Shown: positions 18,386 through 28,614, counted from the stretch's first letter. The stretch is 64,000 nucleotides of DNA from Microgenomates group bacterium (GCA_049287205.1 JBAQFJ010000001.1:767041-831040); one strand, 5' to 3'. Program-made: numbers and translations. The notes: generated from the letters alone by a model not told the origin.

Positions 18386-19387
18386 TTACGCAATCGACGA
18401 ACTCTTGAATATCTTTGGCTTGAGCCAATCTTCTGGAGGATTTTGAGGTGTAGTCAGCCCGCCTACTGGCGAGGTAGATGCTTTTTTCTCTTCAGATTCA
18501 GGAGCTGTAACTACTTCTGTAGGTGCGGGTGTTTCTACTTCAGCCAAAGGCTGATCAGCCGCTGCTGCAGGCTGAGGTGCTGTAACTTCCTGAGATTTTT
18601 CCTCTGTTACAGGATGAGAAAGCTCTTTGATAAACTCCGGTGCCAATGGCAACTCGGTCGGGAAGCGTTTCCCCCCTGCCTTCACACATGCTCCTGCAAC
18701 TTCAAATGTCCGTGCAGTAATTTCTTGGAAATTATTTGACGCACTGTAGATTGCATTCAGTAAATTTGTCGCGATATCTTCTGTGAGTGGTGTCCCAATT
18801 TCTGACATCACAGTTGCTACCAACTCAGCTGTCGTTGCCGCATGGTCAATGATATTCACTGCACCATATTTTGCATTTTCAATATGTTTGTCGATATTGA
18901 TAATCGGTCGTGTTGCAAACAATTCTTTCTCCCCTTCATACAATTCGCCTAGTTCTCCAAGATGCATCGTATCGATGATGAAAATGACATCAGCGGCAGT
19001 TCCTTTGTGATGAAAACTCACATGCTCTTCATTAAAGTTTTCAAAGCCCGGGCGTGGTTCGATGATGAGATTAAATTTTTGGCCCTCAATGTTGTACGTC
19101 ACCTTGTCGATGGATCCGTCTTCGTAATCAAGAGAAATCACAAAATTTTTCTTGGAAAATTTTGTTTCGACTTTGTTTGCGCCCACGAAACTGGAAAATT
19201 CCACAATCATCGGTGTCGGACACCCAATAACTACATGCTTCCCTGCGTTCTTCATGGCAACATAGAGTGCAAGTGCGCTTCCTATACTATCTGCTGTGGG
19301 GTTTGCGTGCGTGAGGATTAAAACGTCTTTTGCCTGTGTTACGAGGTCTTTCGTTCGAAGAATATCTGTTTGTGTTGCTTCATCCAT
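18386..19387 (-). CDS. DHH-family phosphoesterase (NrnA/oligoribonuclease-like) with a Pro/Glu/Thr-rich C-terminal tail
   Basis: DHH motifs LTHANPTADSIGS and FIIDTMH (DHH-like). No clear DHHA1 GGGH was found. The roughly 70-aa tail is disordered. Start taken at the MDEATQ ATG. Confidence 0.7.
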   Translation of the reverse strand: MDEATQTDILRTKDLVTQAKDVLILTHANPTADSIGSALALYVAMKNAGKHVVIGCPTPMIVEFSSFVGANKVETKFSKKNFVISLDYEDGSIDKVTYNIEGQKFNLIIEPRPGFENFNEEHVSFHHKGTAADVIFIIDTMHLGELGELYEGEKELFATRPIINIDKHIENAKYGAVNIIDHAATTAELVATVMSEIGTPLTEDIATNLLNAIYSASNNFQEITARTFEVAGACVKAGGKRFPTELPLAPEFIKELSHPVTEEKSQEVTAPQPAAAADQPLAEVETPAPTEVVTAPESEEKKASTSPVGGLTTPQNPPEDWLKPKIFKSSSIA

Positions 19388-19409
19388 AACACTAATACTT
19401 TGGCAGTGC

Positions 19410-20864
19410 TTAGTGATTCGTAAACGCAATTATATCATCGCCGATTGCAAAATCAACGATTTTATCCAGTTGTAATCCGCATTCATCGCCTACATCCATA
19501 CGTGTTGCTTCTTCTTTGCCGTGCCGAACAGACTTAATCTTTGCTCGTCCGATTTCTTCTTCTCCACGTTTAATTTTAATCTGATCCCCTTTTGCAATAC
19601 GTCCTGTTGCCACTTTAATTCCAGCAATTCTGACCCCTGAGAATGGGAATTCTGCAAGAATCCGTGCAGTTCCTAATTCCCGTTCTTTGGTAATCACTTC
19701 CATAGCGCCTTCAATGACATCATGGAGTTCATCTAAGAGTTCGTAAATAATGGTGTAGCTTCTGCAGATCACGCCTTCAATTTGTGCAAGTTTTGCAATT
19801 TCTTGCTTCAATTTCACATTAAATCCGATGACAAATGCTCCCGTGGACTTGGCCATCAAGACATCTGCATCACTAATCTCTCCAACCCCTGCTGTCACGA
19901 TATCCACATCATCACCCAGTGCTTCCAAAATTGCTTCAAGTGATCCGTAGACATCTGCTTTTACGATGATTGCCAATTTTTTCTTGCCATTCATGTTGGC
20001 CAAGAAATCAGCAACACTTTGTGCAGCATCTACTGTTTTTTCCTGTTCTACTACAACTTTTGGAACTGCAACGGTTGTGAGGACTGCGCCAACCTGCGGA
20101 AGTGTGGTAAATCCTAACACTTCGACTGGTTTTGATGGCCCTGCTGCTGCAACACCCACGCCATTCTCATCAAACATGGCACGAAGTTTTGCAACCTGTT
20201 TTTCTCCATCAAATAATGTATTTCCAAATTTGAGTGTTCCTTTTTTGACAACGATGGTTGCAACCATGCCTTTGCCTTTATCAATTCTGTTTTCGATAAC
20301 CACTGCTTCCATTGGCACATCTGGTTCATTTTTGAGTTCTTTCATTTCTGCAGCAACTTTAATCGTATCCAAGAGTTCTTTAACCCCGGTTCCTGCTTTG
20401 GCTGATACCGGAACACACAGAATGTCTCCGCCAAATCCTTCTACCTGTACACCATTTCGTGCAAGATCTTGTTTCACTTTGTCGACGTTTGCCGCTTCCA
20501 TATCAATTTTGTTGATGGCAACGATCATCGTAACCCCTGCTTCTTGAATCATGCGGATAGATTCTTTGGTCTGTGGCATCACGCCATCATCTGCAGCGAC
20601 AACGAGAATTGCGATATCAGACACAGCCGCCCCACGGGAACGCATTTTTGCAAATGCTTCGTGGCCTGGGGTGTCGATAAATGTAATTCCTGGGATTTGA
20701 TACGCTCCGATTGCTTGTGTGATACCGCCATGTTCACCTGCAGCAACATGTGCTTTTCTGATGTAATCTAACAAAGAAGTTTTTCCGTGATCAACGTGGC
20801 CTAAAACCGCAACGATTGGTGGTCGAAATTCAGTACTCTCTGGTGCTTTATCTTTTTTTGCCAT
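19410..20864 (-). CDS. infB: Translation initiation factor IF-2, short form lacking N-terminal domains
   Basis: G-domain motifs [22 protein letters not shown] and NKID. Length is 484 aa. Confidence 0.93.
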   Translation of the reverse strand: MAKKDKAPESTEFRPPIVAVLGHVDHGKTSLLDYIRKAHVAAGEHGGITQAIGAYQIPGITFIDTPGHEAFAKMRSRGAAVSDIAILVVAADDGVMPQTKESIRMIQEAGVTMIVAINKIDMEAANVDKVKQDLARNGVQVEGFGGDILCVPVSAKAGTGVKELLDTIKVAAEMKELKNEPDVPMEAVVIENRIDKGKGMVATIVVKKGTLKFGNTLFDGEKQVAKLRAMFDENGVGVAAAGPSKPVEVLGFTTLPQVGAVLTTVAVPKVVVEQEKTVDAAQSVADFLANMNGKKKLAIIVKADVYGSLEAILEALGDDVDIVTAGVGEISDADVLMAKSTGAFVIGFNVKLKQEIAKLAQIEGVICRSYTIIYELLDELHDVIEGAMEVITKERELGTARILAEFPFSGVRIAGIKVATGRIAKGDQIKIKRGEEEIGRAKIKSVRHGKEEATRMDVGDECGLQLDKIVDFAIGDDIIAFTNH

Positions 20865-20897
20865 ACTTTGCTATGTCCGATGTGTCCGCTCATACGT

Positions 20898-22049
20898 TTA
20901 TTCCGTCGTATTTGCTGGAACCTCATCTTTAGGTTCTTCTGTTTTTTCTTCTTTAGGTTCTTCCTTCAGCTCGACGGAGCTTTCAGCGGAGGCGGCGACT
21001 TTTTCCCCGCCTGCATCGCTTTGCGAAGCATTGCGGGCAGGTTCTTTCACTTCGACTGTTTCAGTTTCTGGTGTCACGACTTCAGCAACTGGTTTTGTGC
21101 CTGCTTTTCCTTGGATATCAATTTTCCAACCTGTCAGTTTTGCAGCAAGTCTGACATTTTGTCCGTCACGGCCAATGGCAAGAGATAACTGATCCTCAGG
21201 AACTTTAACCGTTGCTGTCTTTGTAGCCTCATCAAGGCTAACATCAATATCTTTTGCAGGAGCAAGTGCTGCAGTGATAAATGCTTTTGGCTCATCACTC
21301 CATTGAATAATATCAACTTTTTCATTCCCACCTAATTCATTGATAACTGCAGTGACGCGCACACCTTTTTGTCCAACACAAGATCCAACGGGATCAACAC
21401 CTGACTGTTTGGAAAATACTGCAACTTTTGTGCGTCCACCCGCTTCTCGAACCACTATCCGAAGTTCAACTGCTGCTTGTGCAACTTCCGGAACTTCTCT
21501 GGCAAACAATCCTTCGACAAGTCCTTTACTTGCGCGGGATACGATGATTTCGTTGCCACGTGGAGTTTCTCTGATTCCATCAATGTAAAACGTCAGTCTC
21601 TGATTTAAATGATAGCGTTCACCCTGATTTTGTTCAGAAACAGGCATGATTGCCTGTGTTCTACCGATGTCTACAACAACATTTGGTCCGTCAAATCGGA
21701 GTATCATTCCCGGAACGATGTTGCCGACTTTTGTCTGATAATCTGCAAGCACCGCCTGTTTTTCTGCTTCTCGGATTCTTTGAAGAATGACTTGTTTTGC
21801 AGTTTGCGCGGCAATTCGTCCAAATCCTGGAGGTGTGACGTCTTTGCCTTCTTTGAGGACTTTTGCTTCTCCTGTGTCGCCATCAACTTCAACGGTAAAC
21901 AAATCGAGTTCATCAGAACCAAAATCTTTACGGAATGCCGCAAGAATTGCAGCACGAATCGTTTCAAGGACGATCTTTGGATCGAGTCCCCGCTCTGTTG
22001 CTACTTGGTTTAATGCTAATGAAAATTCACTTCTGACTGTTGCTGGCAT
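20898..22049 (-). CDS. nusA: Transcription termination/antitermination factor NusA with an acidic/lysine-rich C-terminal tail
   Basis: NusA N-terminal domain, S1 domain and two KH domains. The tail contains the inserted peptide PARNASQSDAGGE. Confidence 0.9.
   Translation of the reverse strand: MPATVRSEFSLALNQVATERGLDPKIVLETIRAAILAAFRKDFGSDELDLFTVEVDGDTGEAKVLKEGKDVTPPGFGRIAAQTAKQVILQRIREAEKQAVLADYQTKVGNIVPGMILRFDGPNVVVDIGRTQAIMPVSEQNQGERYHLNQRLTFYIDGIRETPRGNEIIVSRASKGLVEGLFAREVPEVAQAAVELRIVVREAGGRTKVAVFSKQSGVDPVGSCVGQKGVRVTAVINELGGNEKVDIIQWSDEPKAFITAALAPAKDIDVSLDEATKTATVKVPEDQLSLAIGRDGQNVRLAAKLTGWKIDIQGKAGTKPVAEVVTPETETVEVKEPARNASQSDAGGEKVAASAESSVELKEEPKEEKTEEPKDEVPANTTE
21003..21043 (-). 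repeat. 41-bp imperfect-palindromic repeat element, copy 1 (in frame inside nusA)
   Basis: ttccccgcctgcatcgctttgcgaagcattgcgggcaggtt is identical to 25508..25548 and has a central GCTT-TGCG-AAGC hairpin. Confidence 0.8.
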
Positions 22050-22068
22050 ATGTTTTTTCCTTATTTAT

Positions 22069-22094
22069 AAAAAAAGGCGGGATTCATTCCCACC
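22069..22094 (-). terminator. Rho-independent terminator downstream of dnaJ (end of the hrcA-grpE-dnaK-dnaJ operon)
   Basis: On the minus strand it reads GGTGGGA-ATGAA-TCCCGCC followed by TTTTTTT. Confidence 0.55.
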
Positions 22095-22147
22095 TCGCGT
22101 AACTTCAACTATTTAGTATTATAGCACGCCTACAAAAATATCGTCAA

Positions 22148-23047
22148 TTATTCGTGCATTGTCTTATCTAGCTCGTCCAACAGCTCTTTTTGCGTTCGTG
22201 ACAATTTGGTCGGCACTTTTAGCTGAATTTTGACGTATTCATCCCCACGTCCTCCGCCTCTGACGTGTTGTACGCCTTGTCCGCGAAGCCTGATGAGTGT
22301 GCCTGCCTGTGTGCCTGCAGGAATCCTAATTTTTACGGGTTTATCTATGGTTTTCACTTCTTCTATACCACCTAACGCAGCCTTGGTAAACGGAATTTCG
22401 TGCGTCACGACGATATCATCGCCTTCTCTCGTAAATTCATGACTTTTAGCAACGGCAATGACGATATCAAACTCATCAAATCGAATGCGTGATCCTGAAT
22501 CAACTCCCGCAGGAATTTTGATTGTTTTTTTGATGGATCCTTCACCTGCCTGCCCTTTGGGTACCATGACTTCTTTCGTCACGCCGTGCACAGCTTCCAT
22601 GAACGAAATGGAGATTTCATAGGCGTTTCTGCGTTGCCTGCCGCCACCTCGTTGTCCCCCGAATCCGCCGCCAAAAAATTGTTCAAATATCTCAAACGGA
22701 TCAACAAAATCATTCCCAAATGGATTGCCGCCAGAGGAAGAATAGGAATATTGAAACGGACCCTGTCCGCCAAATCCACCAAATGGCCCCTGCCCAGCGC
22801 CTCCGCCCATACCAGATCCCGGTGCAAATGCATCTGAACCGAATTGATCATAGGTTTGACGTTTCTTTGTATCAGACAACACCGCGTATGCTTCGTTTAT
22901 TTCTTTAAACTTATCATTTGCATTTGCTGCCTTGTTTCTATCTGGATGCCACTCCAAAGCAAGCTTCCGGTACGCTTTTTTGAGTTCCTCTGCGCTTGCA
23001 GTTTTAGAAACTCCTAATACTTCGTAAAAATCTTTTTTGCTTGCCAT
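22148..23047 (-). CDS. dnaJ: DnaJ-family co-chaperone with J-domain, G/F-rich region and C-terminal domains but no CxxCxGxG zinc finger (type II)
   Basis: DFYEVLGV...HPDRN, a GGFGG-rich linker and the C-terminal beta-domains are present. Start is at the MASKK ATG. Confidence 0.88.
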   Translation of the reverse strand: MASKKDFYEVLGVSKTASAEELKKAYRKLALEWHPDRNKAANANDKFKEINEAYAVLSDTKKRQTYDQFGSDAFAPGSGMGGGAGQGPFGGFGGQGPFQYSYSSSGGNPFGNDFVDPFEIFEQFFGGGFGGQRGGGRQRRNAYEISISFMEAVHGVTKEVMVPKGQAGEGSIKKTIKIPAGVDSGSRIRFDEFDIVIAVAKSHEFTREGDDIVVTHEIPFTKAALGGIEEVKTIDKPVKIRIPAGTQAGTLIRLRGQGVQHVRGGGRGDEYVKIQLKVPTKLSRTQKELLDELDKTMHE

Positions 23048-23069
23048 AACCACCAATTATATATAAACC

Positions 23070-23107
23070 GGAAGCATCCCGCATGAACAAATCCGCGGGA
23101 TGCTTCC
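23070..23107 (-). promoter_or_regulatory. Perfect 13-bp stem / 12-nt loop hairpin between dnaK and dnaJ (intercistronic attenuator or processing site)
   Basis: GGAAGCATCCCGC atgaacaaatcc GCGGGATGCTTCC, read directly from the sequence. Confidence 0.6.
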
Positions 23108-23127
23108 AAAATACTATTTTTTTCTTT

Positions 23128-25026
23128 TTAGCTTACAACTTCACCCTCTTCTACTTTTTTGTCGTCTTTCGCTGCACCCGCTTCTTCTGCCGGTTTTTCT
23201 TCCCCTGTTGGTTGCCCTTCCGGTGTTCCTTCCGGTTTTTGATACATGGATGCCCCAACTTTTTGCATGATTTCAGCAAGTTCATTGGTTTTTGCTTCCA
23301 AATCCTCTTTGCTACCGGTTTCAAGGATGTCTTTTAAGGCTTTAATCTTTTCCTCAACAGCAGTTTTGTCTTCCGGTTTTGCTTTGTCGCCCGCGTCCTT
23401 GACTGTTTTTTCTGCAACATAGATGGTATTTTCTGCACGATTCTTTACCTCAATCTTTTCTTTCTTCTCCGTATCTTCTGCAGCATGTTCCTCTGCTTCT
23501 TTTTTCATCTTCTCCACTTCATCTTTGGAAAGTCCTGTAGAACCCGTAATCTTGATCGTGCTGACTTTTCCTGTTGCTTTGTCTTTGGCCGTCACATCCA
23601 AAATACCTGATGCATCGATATCAAATGTCACCTCAACCTGCGGGACACCGCGTGGTGCAGGTGGAATACCTGACAAGATAAACCGACCCAATGACTTATT
23701 GTCTGACGCCATCGATCGCTCCCCCTGCAAGACATTGATTTCCACTGATGTCTGATTGTCGGCAGCAGTTGAGAAAATCTCTGTTTTACTGGTTGGCACC
23801 GTTGTATTTCTTGTAATGAGTGGTGTGGAAACCGCACCAAGTGTCTCCAGTCCAAGTGTGAGTGGTGTAACGTCCAACAGCACCACGTCTTTCACATCTC
23901 CTGCCAACACTCCTGCCTGTACAGCTGCTCCGATTGCTACCACTTCGTCAGGATTGACGGATTGATTTGGTTGTTTGCCGAAGAATTCTTTGACCACTTC
24001 CACTACTTTTGGCATTCTGGTCATTCCTCCCACCAAAACCACTTCATCAATTTTTTTGATGTCAATCTTTGCATCAGCCAAACATTTTTTGACCGGTTCA
24101 ATGGTTTTTTTGATGAGATCATCAACCAATGATTCCATTTTTGCCCGTGACAGTTTGGTAACCAAATGCACCGGACCATCTTTTCCTTGGGTGATAAACG
24201 GCAAATTGATTTCTGTCTCCATAGATGTAGACAGTTCAATTTTTGCTTTCTCTGCGGCATCTCTTAGTCGTTGGAGTGCCTGTGGATCTTTCCTGAGATC
24301 TACTCCGTGTTCTTTCTTAAATTCATCTGCAAGAAAATCCAAAATATGTTTGTCAAAATCGTCTCCTCCAAGATGGGTGTCTCCATTGGTTGCTTTCACT
24401 TCGTACACGCCCTCACCCAACTCAAGAATGGAAATATCAAATGTACCACCGCCTAAATCATAGACTGCGATGGTGTGTGCATTTTTCTTGTCGAGTCCGT
24501 AGGCAAGTGCTGCAGCAGTCGGTTCGTTAAGAATTCTTAAAACTTCAAGCCCTGCAATTTCCCCTGCTTGTTTTGTGGCCTGTCTCTGGCTGTCATCAAA
24601 ATATGCGGGCACGGTGATAACTGCTTGTGTGACAGAACTCCCAAGATATTTTTCTGCATCCTTTTTGATTTTTGACAAAATCATTGCAGAAATTTCCTGT
24701 GGGGTGAATTGTTTTCCACCAACTTCCACCACAGCCATATCGTTTTTCCCTGCTTTGATCGTGTACGGTAACCATTTTTTATCCGTCTCAACACTTTTAT
24801 CACTGAACTTTCGTCCCACAAGCCGTTTCACAGAAAATACGGTTGATTCCGGATGAATAACAACTTGTCGTTTGGCAACATCGCCAACGATGTTTTTGAT
24901 CGGATCAACAACGGAAGGGATCGTGTTTCTTCCTTCTTCTGAATGGATCACTTTCGGTGCTCCACCTTCCATAATGGCAACACATGAATTTGTGGTACCT
25001 AGATCAATTCCTATAATTTTAGCCAT
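23128..25026 (-). CDS. dnaK: Chaperone DnaK (Hsp70)
   Basis: [18 protein letters not shown] and an EEVS-type C-terminus. Length is 632 aa. Confidence 0.97.
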   Translation of the reverse strand: MAKIIGIDLGTTNSCVAIMEGGAPKVIHSEEGRNTIPSVVDPIKNIVGDVAKRQVVIHPESTVFSVKRLVGRKFSDKSVETDKKWLPYTIKAGKNDMAVVEVGGKQFTPQEISAMILSKIKKDAEKYLGSSVTQAVITVPAYFDDSQRQATKQAGEIAGLEVLRILNEPTAAALAYGLDKKNAHTIAVYDLGGGTFDISILELGEGVYEVKATNGDTHLGGDDFDKHILDFLADEFKKEHGVDLRKDPQALQRLRDAAEKAKIELSTSMETEINLPFITQGKDGPVHLVTKLSRAKMESLVDDLIKKTIEPVKKCLADAKIDIKKIDEVVLVGGMTRMPKVVEVVKEFFGKQPNQSVNPDEVVAIGAAVQAGVLAGDVKDVVLLDVTPLTLGLETLGAVSTPLITRNTTVPTSKTEIFSTAADNQTSVEINVLQGERSMASDNKSLGRFILSGIPPAPRGVPQVEVTFDIDASGILDVTAKDKATGKVSTIKITGSTGLSKDEVEKMKKEAEEHAAEDTEKKEKIEVKNRAENTIYVAEKTVKDAGDKAKPEDKTAVEEKIKALKDILETGSKEDLEAKTNELAEIMQKVGASMYQKPEGTPEGQPTGEEKPAEEAGAAKDDKKVEEGEVVS

Positions 25027-25060
25027 ATAAAACCCTCCTAATAAAAATTGTTAATACTTT

Positions 25061-25585
25061 TTATACCTTTTCTGACACTCCTCCACCAACTTTTACTTTA
25101 GCTTCCCTGAGTAGTTTGCCGTGCATGACGTATCCGGAACTCGTCACTTCGACAACGTTGTTTTTTTCTCCTTCGACAAGCTCAATACATTCCATTTTGT
25201 ATGGATCAAATGTTTCCCCTGACACATTCATTTTTTCAACGCCGAATTTTGAAAGGAGCGCATGCATTTCTTTCATCGCGATACTAAGTCCCTCATCGTT
25301 GATATGTGCGTCCGCCATTTCCAAGTTATCAATGACCGGCAGCAGTTTTTCCAAAAATAACTTTACCGCGTACGCTCTCACTTCCTGTTTTTCTTCCTCT
25401 GTCCTTTTTTCTAAATTCTGATAATCTGCAAGCACCCTAATATATTTGTTTTTCCAAACTTCAATTTCTTCAACTGCTTTTGAAAATTCAGGATTTATTG
25501 TTTGTTGTTCCCCGCCTGCATCGCTTTGCGAAGCATTGCGGGCAGGTTTTTTTTGCTCATCAATAATAGTTTTCGGTTGTTTCAT
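25061..25585 (-). CDS. grpE: Nucleotide exchange factor GrpE
   Basis: GrpE coiled-coil and beta-sheet C-terminal domain. The N-terminus carries the same PARNASQSDAGGE insertion. Confidence 0.88.
   Translation of the reverse strand: MKQPKTIIDEQKKPARNASQSDAGGEQQTINPEFSKAVEEIEVWKNKYIRVLADYQNLEKRTEEEKQEVRAYAVKLFLEKLLPVIDNLEMADAHINDEGLSIAMKEMHALLSKFGVEKMNVSGETFDPYKMECIELVEGEKNNVVEVTSSGYVMHGKLLREAKVKVGGGVSEKV
25508..25548 (-). repeat. 41-bp imperfect-palindromic repeat element, copy 2 (in frame inside grpE)
   Basis: Identical to 21003..21043, in the same orientation and reading frame. Confidence 0.8.
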
Positions 25586-25591
25586 AGTTGT

Positions 25592-26326
25592 TTACCAATT
25601 TGTTGATAGTTCTTTAATGAGTCCACCCATATACCGAACAACAGGAACAAGTCGCGGATAATTAAGCCTAGACGGCCCCACGACCCCGATCATTCCTGAT
25701 ACATGTGGTGTTTCAAATTTGTTAAATACAAATCCGCATTCTCCGAGTGCACCACGACCACCAAATTCATCGCCCAAGAGAATATCAACATTTTCCGGTT
25801 GTTTATCCACAAGCTCCCACCAAAAATCAACGCGGTCGAGTGCAGAAAACAATGCGTGCGTCAAATCATAGTCATAAAATTCCGGCATATCCAAAATGTT
25901 GGCGGTACCTGAGATATACATATCGCCGTCTTTGGTGGCTGCAATGGCGAGCGTTTTTGTATACGTTGCAAGCGTGCGTGTTGCTTCTCTCAAGAGCTTA
26001 TCCACTTCCTGACGATAGTCCCAGATCTTTTCCTTGACGGAAATTTCCTCGGCAACAGACATGTCTTTTGCTTTCATCAAATGTTCCACATAAAACTTCA
26101 ATGCCTCAGGAGTCGGACTGCGCCCTGCTGACGTATGCGGCTGTTTTAACAGCTTCATGTCGGTGAGCCTCACCATCTCATTTCTGATGGTCGCAGGTGA
26201 CACCCCGAGATTATATTTTTTATCCAGTGTTTCTGATCCGACTGATTCTGCAGTTTGAATATATTCTTCAATAATCGCTTTCAAAATAAGAACCTGTCGT
26301 GGTGTAAGATCAAATGATGTTTCCAT
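25592..26326 (-). CDS. hrcA: Heat-inducible transcription repressor HrcA
   Basis: N-terminal winged helix LTPRQVLILKAIIEEY...SVGSETL. The ATG is at 26324-26326, and the track's TTG extension would run through the CIRCE element. Confidence 0.88.
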   Translation of the reverse strand: METSFDLTPRQVLILKAIIEEYIQTAESVGSETLDKKYNLGVSPATIRNEMVRLTDMKLLKQPHTSAGRSPTPEALKFYVEHLMKAKDMSVAEEISVKEKIWDYRQEVDKLLREATRTLATYTKTLAIAATKDGDMYISGTANILDMPEFYDYDLTHALFSALDRVDFWWELVDKQPENVDILLGDEFGGRGALGECGFVFNKFETPHVSGMIGVVGPSRLNYPRLVPVVRYMGGLIKELSTNW

Positions 26327-26328
26327 AA

Positions 26329-26355
26329 TTAGCACTAATATATAACGAGTGCTAA
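26329..26355 (-). promoter_or_regulatory. CIRCE operator (HrcA binding site) TTAGCACTA-N9-GAGTGCTAA
   Basis: TTAGCACTAATATATAACGAGTGCTAA is a 9-bp inverted repeat with one mismatch and a 9-nt spacer, 2 nt upstream of the hrcA ATG. Confidence 0.85.
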
Positions 26356-26365
26356 TATCTGTCAA
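26329..26365 (-). promoter_or_regulatory. Sigma70-like promoter of the hrcA operon overlapping CIRCE (-35 TTGACA 26360-26365, -10 TATATT inside the CIRCE spacer)
   Basis: The minus strand reads TTGACA-N17-TATATT, so the start site would lie in the right CIRCE arm and give a near-leaderless mRNA. Confidence 0.5.
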
Positions 26366-26411
26366 TACCCTATTGTCTTCCCCTATTCGTTTACGGCATA
26401 CTGAATATAGG

Positions 26412-27206
26412 ATGAAAAAAATCGTCTTTCTTGTTGTTGGTTTGCTTCTTCTTATTGCAGTCCCTGCAACAGTCTATTTTGTGGGAGAGCAGCAAGATAT
26501 CAGGAGTCGCGCCGCTCCAGCAACCTCTCTTTCCTTTAATCCAACGACCGTCACAAAGCCACAAGATGAACAATTTACTGTGAACGTAGACATTAATACA
26601 GGTACCAATAATGTCACCGCGGTAAAAGTCGTTGTCACATTTGATTCCACGAAGCTGGAAGCAACAAGTATTACCAATGGTGCATTTGCACCGAAAATCA
26701 CCGCTTCAGGAATCGTCGCATCAGGAAATGCATCAATTACTGTCGCCGCCAACAGCACAACTTCCCCTATGAACGGAACAGGCACCATCGCCATTATTCG
26801 TTTTAAGGGGAAAACCGGAACAACCACACCGGTGCAGCTGAAGTTTGACACCAACACATTTGCTTCAGGACTGACTGAATCAACAAATGTGATTACTACT
26901 ATGGGAACTGCGTCTGTAAATATTAGCGGGTCCTCGGCAAGTGCGGCCGCTACAACAACGATCGCACCGACACCGACGCAGACAACGCTCCTTTCTTCTG
27001 TCTTACCCACAGACACAATCGCACCGACACCCACACAAACACCAGAGGCAACGGACAGCGCTCTTGTTACCACAGATGGCGTGGGAGGAAGCGATGAGGT
27101 TCCTATAACAGGATCAACAGAAACGACCGTTGCATTACTACTAGCAGGAATAGGCTGTATCGTTTTTAGCGGGTTACTCTACTCAAAAGCAAAACAAACT
27201 GTATGA
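26412..27206 (+). CDS. Secreted cell-surface protein: signal peptide, beta-rich domain, TP-rich linker and C-terminal VPITG + TM + basic tail (sortase-type signal)
   Basis: MKKIVFLVVGLLLLIAVPATVYFVGEQQDIRSRA is the signal peptide. The C-terminus is EVPITGSTETTVALLLAGIGCIVFSGLLYSKAKQTV. Confidence 0.7.
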   Translation: MKKIVFLVVGLLLLIAVPATVYFVGEQQDIRSRAAPATSLSFNPTTVTKPQDEQFTVNVDINTGTNNVTAVKVVVTFDSTKLEATSITNGAFAPKITASGIVASGNASITVAANSTTSPMNGTGTIAIIRFKGKTGTTTPVQLKFDTNTFASGLTESTNVITTMGTASVNISGSSASAAATTTIAPTPTQTTLLSSVLPTDTIAPTPTQTPEATDSALVTTDGVGGSDEVPITGSTETTVALLLAGIGCIVFSGLLYSKAKQTV

Positions 27207-28609
27207 CATCTTTTCTTGAAAAAACCGCGCCATCAAAATTTACAACGTTCACCTCTATAATCGCGCTTCTTGTTTTTATTCCGCTCCTGATTGCCGTCGT
27301 GTATAAAACAACACAACTTGTTTCTAAAGCATCGGGTACAAAAGCAAACATAGTCATTGATACACAAACAAAACTGGAAGAAATCAACACCGACTATTTT
27401 CATGCGTTTGCGCAAGGCGGCGAAGAAGCCGGTGACATGATTGCGCCGATACTTGCAGAAACAAAAGCGCTTACACCTAAAGTCATCAGACTTGATCACA
27501 TTTTTGATCATTATGACGTTGTTTCAAAAAATGGCGGCACGCTCACTTTTGATTTTTCCAAACTTGATGTTGCTGTTAACACCATTCTTGCGACAGGCGC
27601 AAAACCGTTTTTATCTCTTTCCTTTATGCCACAAGCCATTGCCAAAGACGGTGTTGTTATTAATCCGCCAAATGACTGGAATGATTGGACTACTGTCGTG
27701 CAAAAAACAATCGAGCACTATAGCGGGAAAGCAGGAAAAAATATCAGTGGCATGTACTATGAAGTATGGAATGAACCGGATCTTGATCAGTTCGGATCTT
27801 GGAAACTGAGCGGAGAAAATAATTATCTGACGTTATACAAAACCGCGGCAGCCGGCGCAAATCAGGCTACCAACGTCAATGCGTTTATGTTTGGCGGACC
27901 CAGCACCACCGGGCTCTACAAAAACTGGATTCTTGGCGTCATAGGCACCGGCGCACGATTGGACTTTTTTTCCTGGCATTCGTACCTCGCAAATCCAAAA
28001 CAATTTACCACGGATCAACATAATTTAAGCAGTTGGCTTATGGCGTACCCCGCATATACCACCAAACCGACCATTATCACGGAATTCGGATTTACCGGCG
28101 CAAAGAGTACAGCGTATGGCACAGCATTCGGCACCGCGCACACCGCCGCAGTGTTACGCGAACTTATTTCCGGCGGGCCGACCTATATTTTTTCATTTGA
28201 ACTTATTGATGGACCAAATCAAGAAAATGGAAACGGTTGGGGCTTAATTACCCACCCGACAAACGGAAAAAAAATTAAACCGCGCTATTATGTGTATGCA
28301 TTGTTTGATTCCATGAAAGGAACACGGCTGCAACTATCCGGTGAAGGATCATGGGTCACCGGTTTTGCATCAACAAAAAATAACGCTATTAACGTCCTCT
28401 TGGTTAATTTTGATGCAAGCGGCTCTCATACCGAAACAGTCCCCGTCACATTTGAACGACTTGCTAACGGTACCTATATATATAAGGAAACAGTCCTAGC
28501 GGGAAAAACAACACAAACGCAAGAAACTGTGACCAACGGGACATTAAAAAAAACTGTTGTTGCAGCCGCCCAAAGCGTCATCAAACTGGAATTGCAACGG
28601 TCGAAATAA
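27203..28609 (+). CDS. Membrane-anchored clan GH-A glycoside hydrolase (GH39-like)
   Basis: N-terminal TM. YYEVWNEPDL is the acid/base NEP motif and ITEFG the nucleophile-like motif. The start overlaps the upstream stop (ATGA). Confidence 0.65.
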   Translation: MTSFLEKTAPSKFTTFTSIIALLVFIPLLIAVVYKTTQLVSKASGTKANIVIDTQTKLEEINTDYFHAFAQGGEEAGDMIAPILAETKALTPKVIRLDHIFDHYDVVSKNGGTLTFDFSKLDVAVNTILATGAKPFLSLSFMPQAIAKDGVVINPPNDWNDWTTVVQKTIEHYSGKAGKNISGMYYEVWNEPDLDQFGSWKLSGENNYLTLYKTAAAGANQATNVNAFMFGGPSTTGLYKNWILGVIGTGARLDFFSWHSYLANPKQFTTDQHNLSSWLMAYPAYTTKPTIITEFGFTGAKSTAYGTAFGTAHTAAVLRELISGGPTYIFSFELIDGPNQENGNGWGLITHPTNGKKIKPRYYVYALFDSMKGTRLQLSGEGSWVTGFASTKNNAINVLLVNFDASGSHTETVPVTFERLANGTYIYKETVLAGKTTQTQETVTNGTLKKTVVAAAQSVIKLELQRSK

Positions 28610-28614
28610 TTTTA

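Noticed and set aside
23423-24856. Plus-strand ORFs inside dnaK, including a 162-aa one
   Set aside because: Antisense of a highly conserved gene, with S/T-rich compositional artefacts.
26349-26411. GTG-initiated 5' extension of the first surface-protein ORF
   Set aside because: It would translate through the CIRCE operator and the hrcA promoter. The ATG MKKIV at 26412 gives a canonical signal peptide.
26474-27073. Minus-strand 199-aa ORF inside the surface-protein gene
   Set aside because: It is the antisense of the TP-rich linker and gives a V/G-rich low-complexity product, while the plus-strand gene has a signal peptide and a sorting signal.
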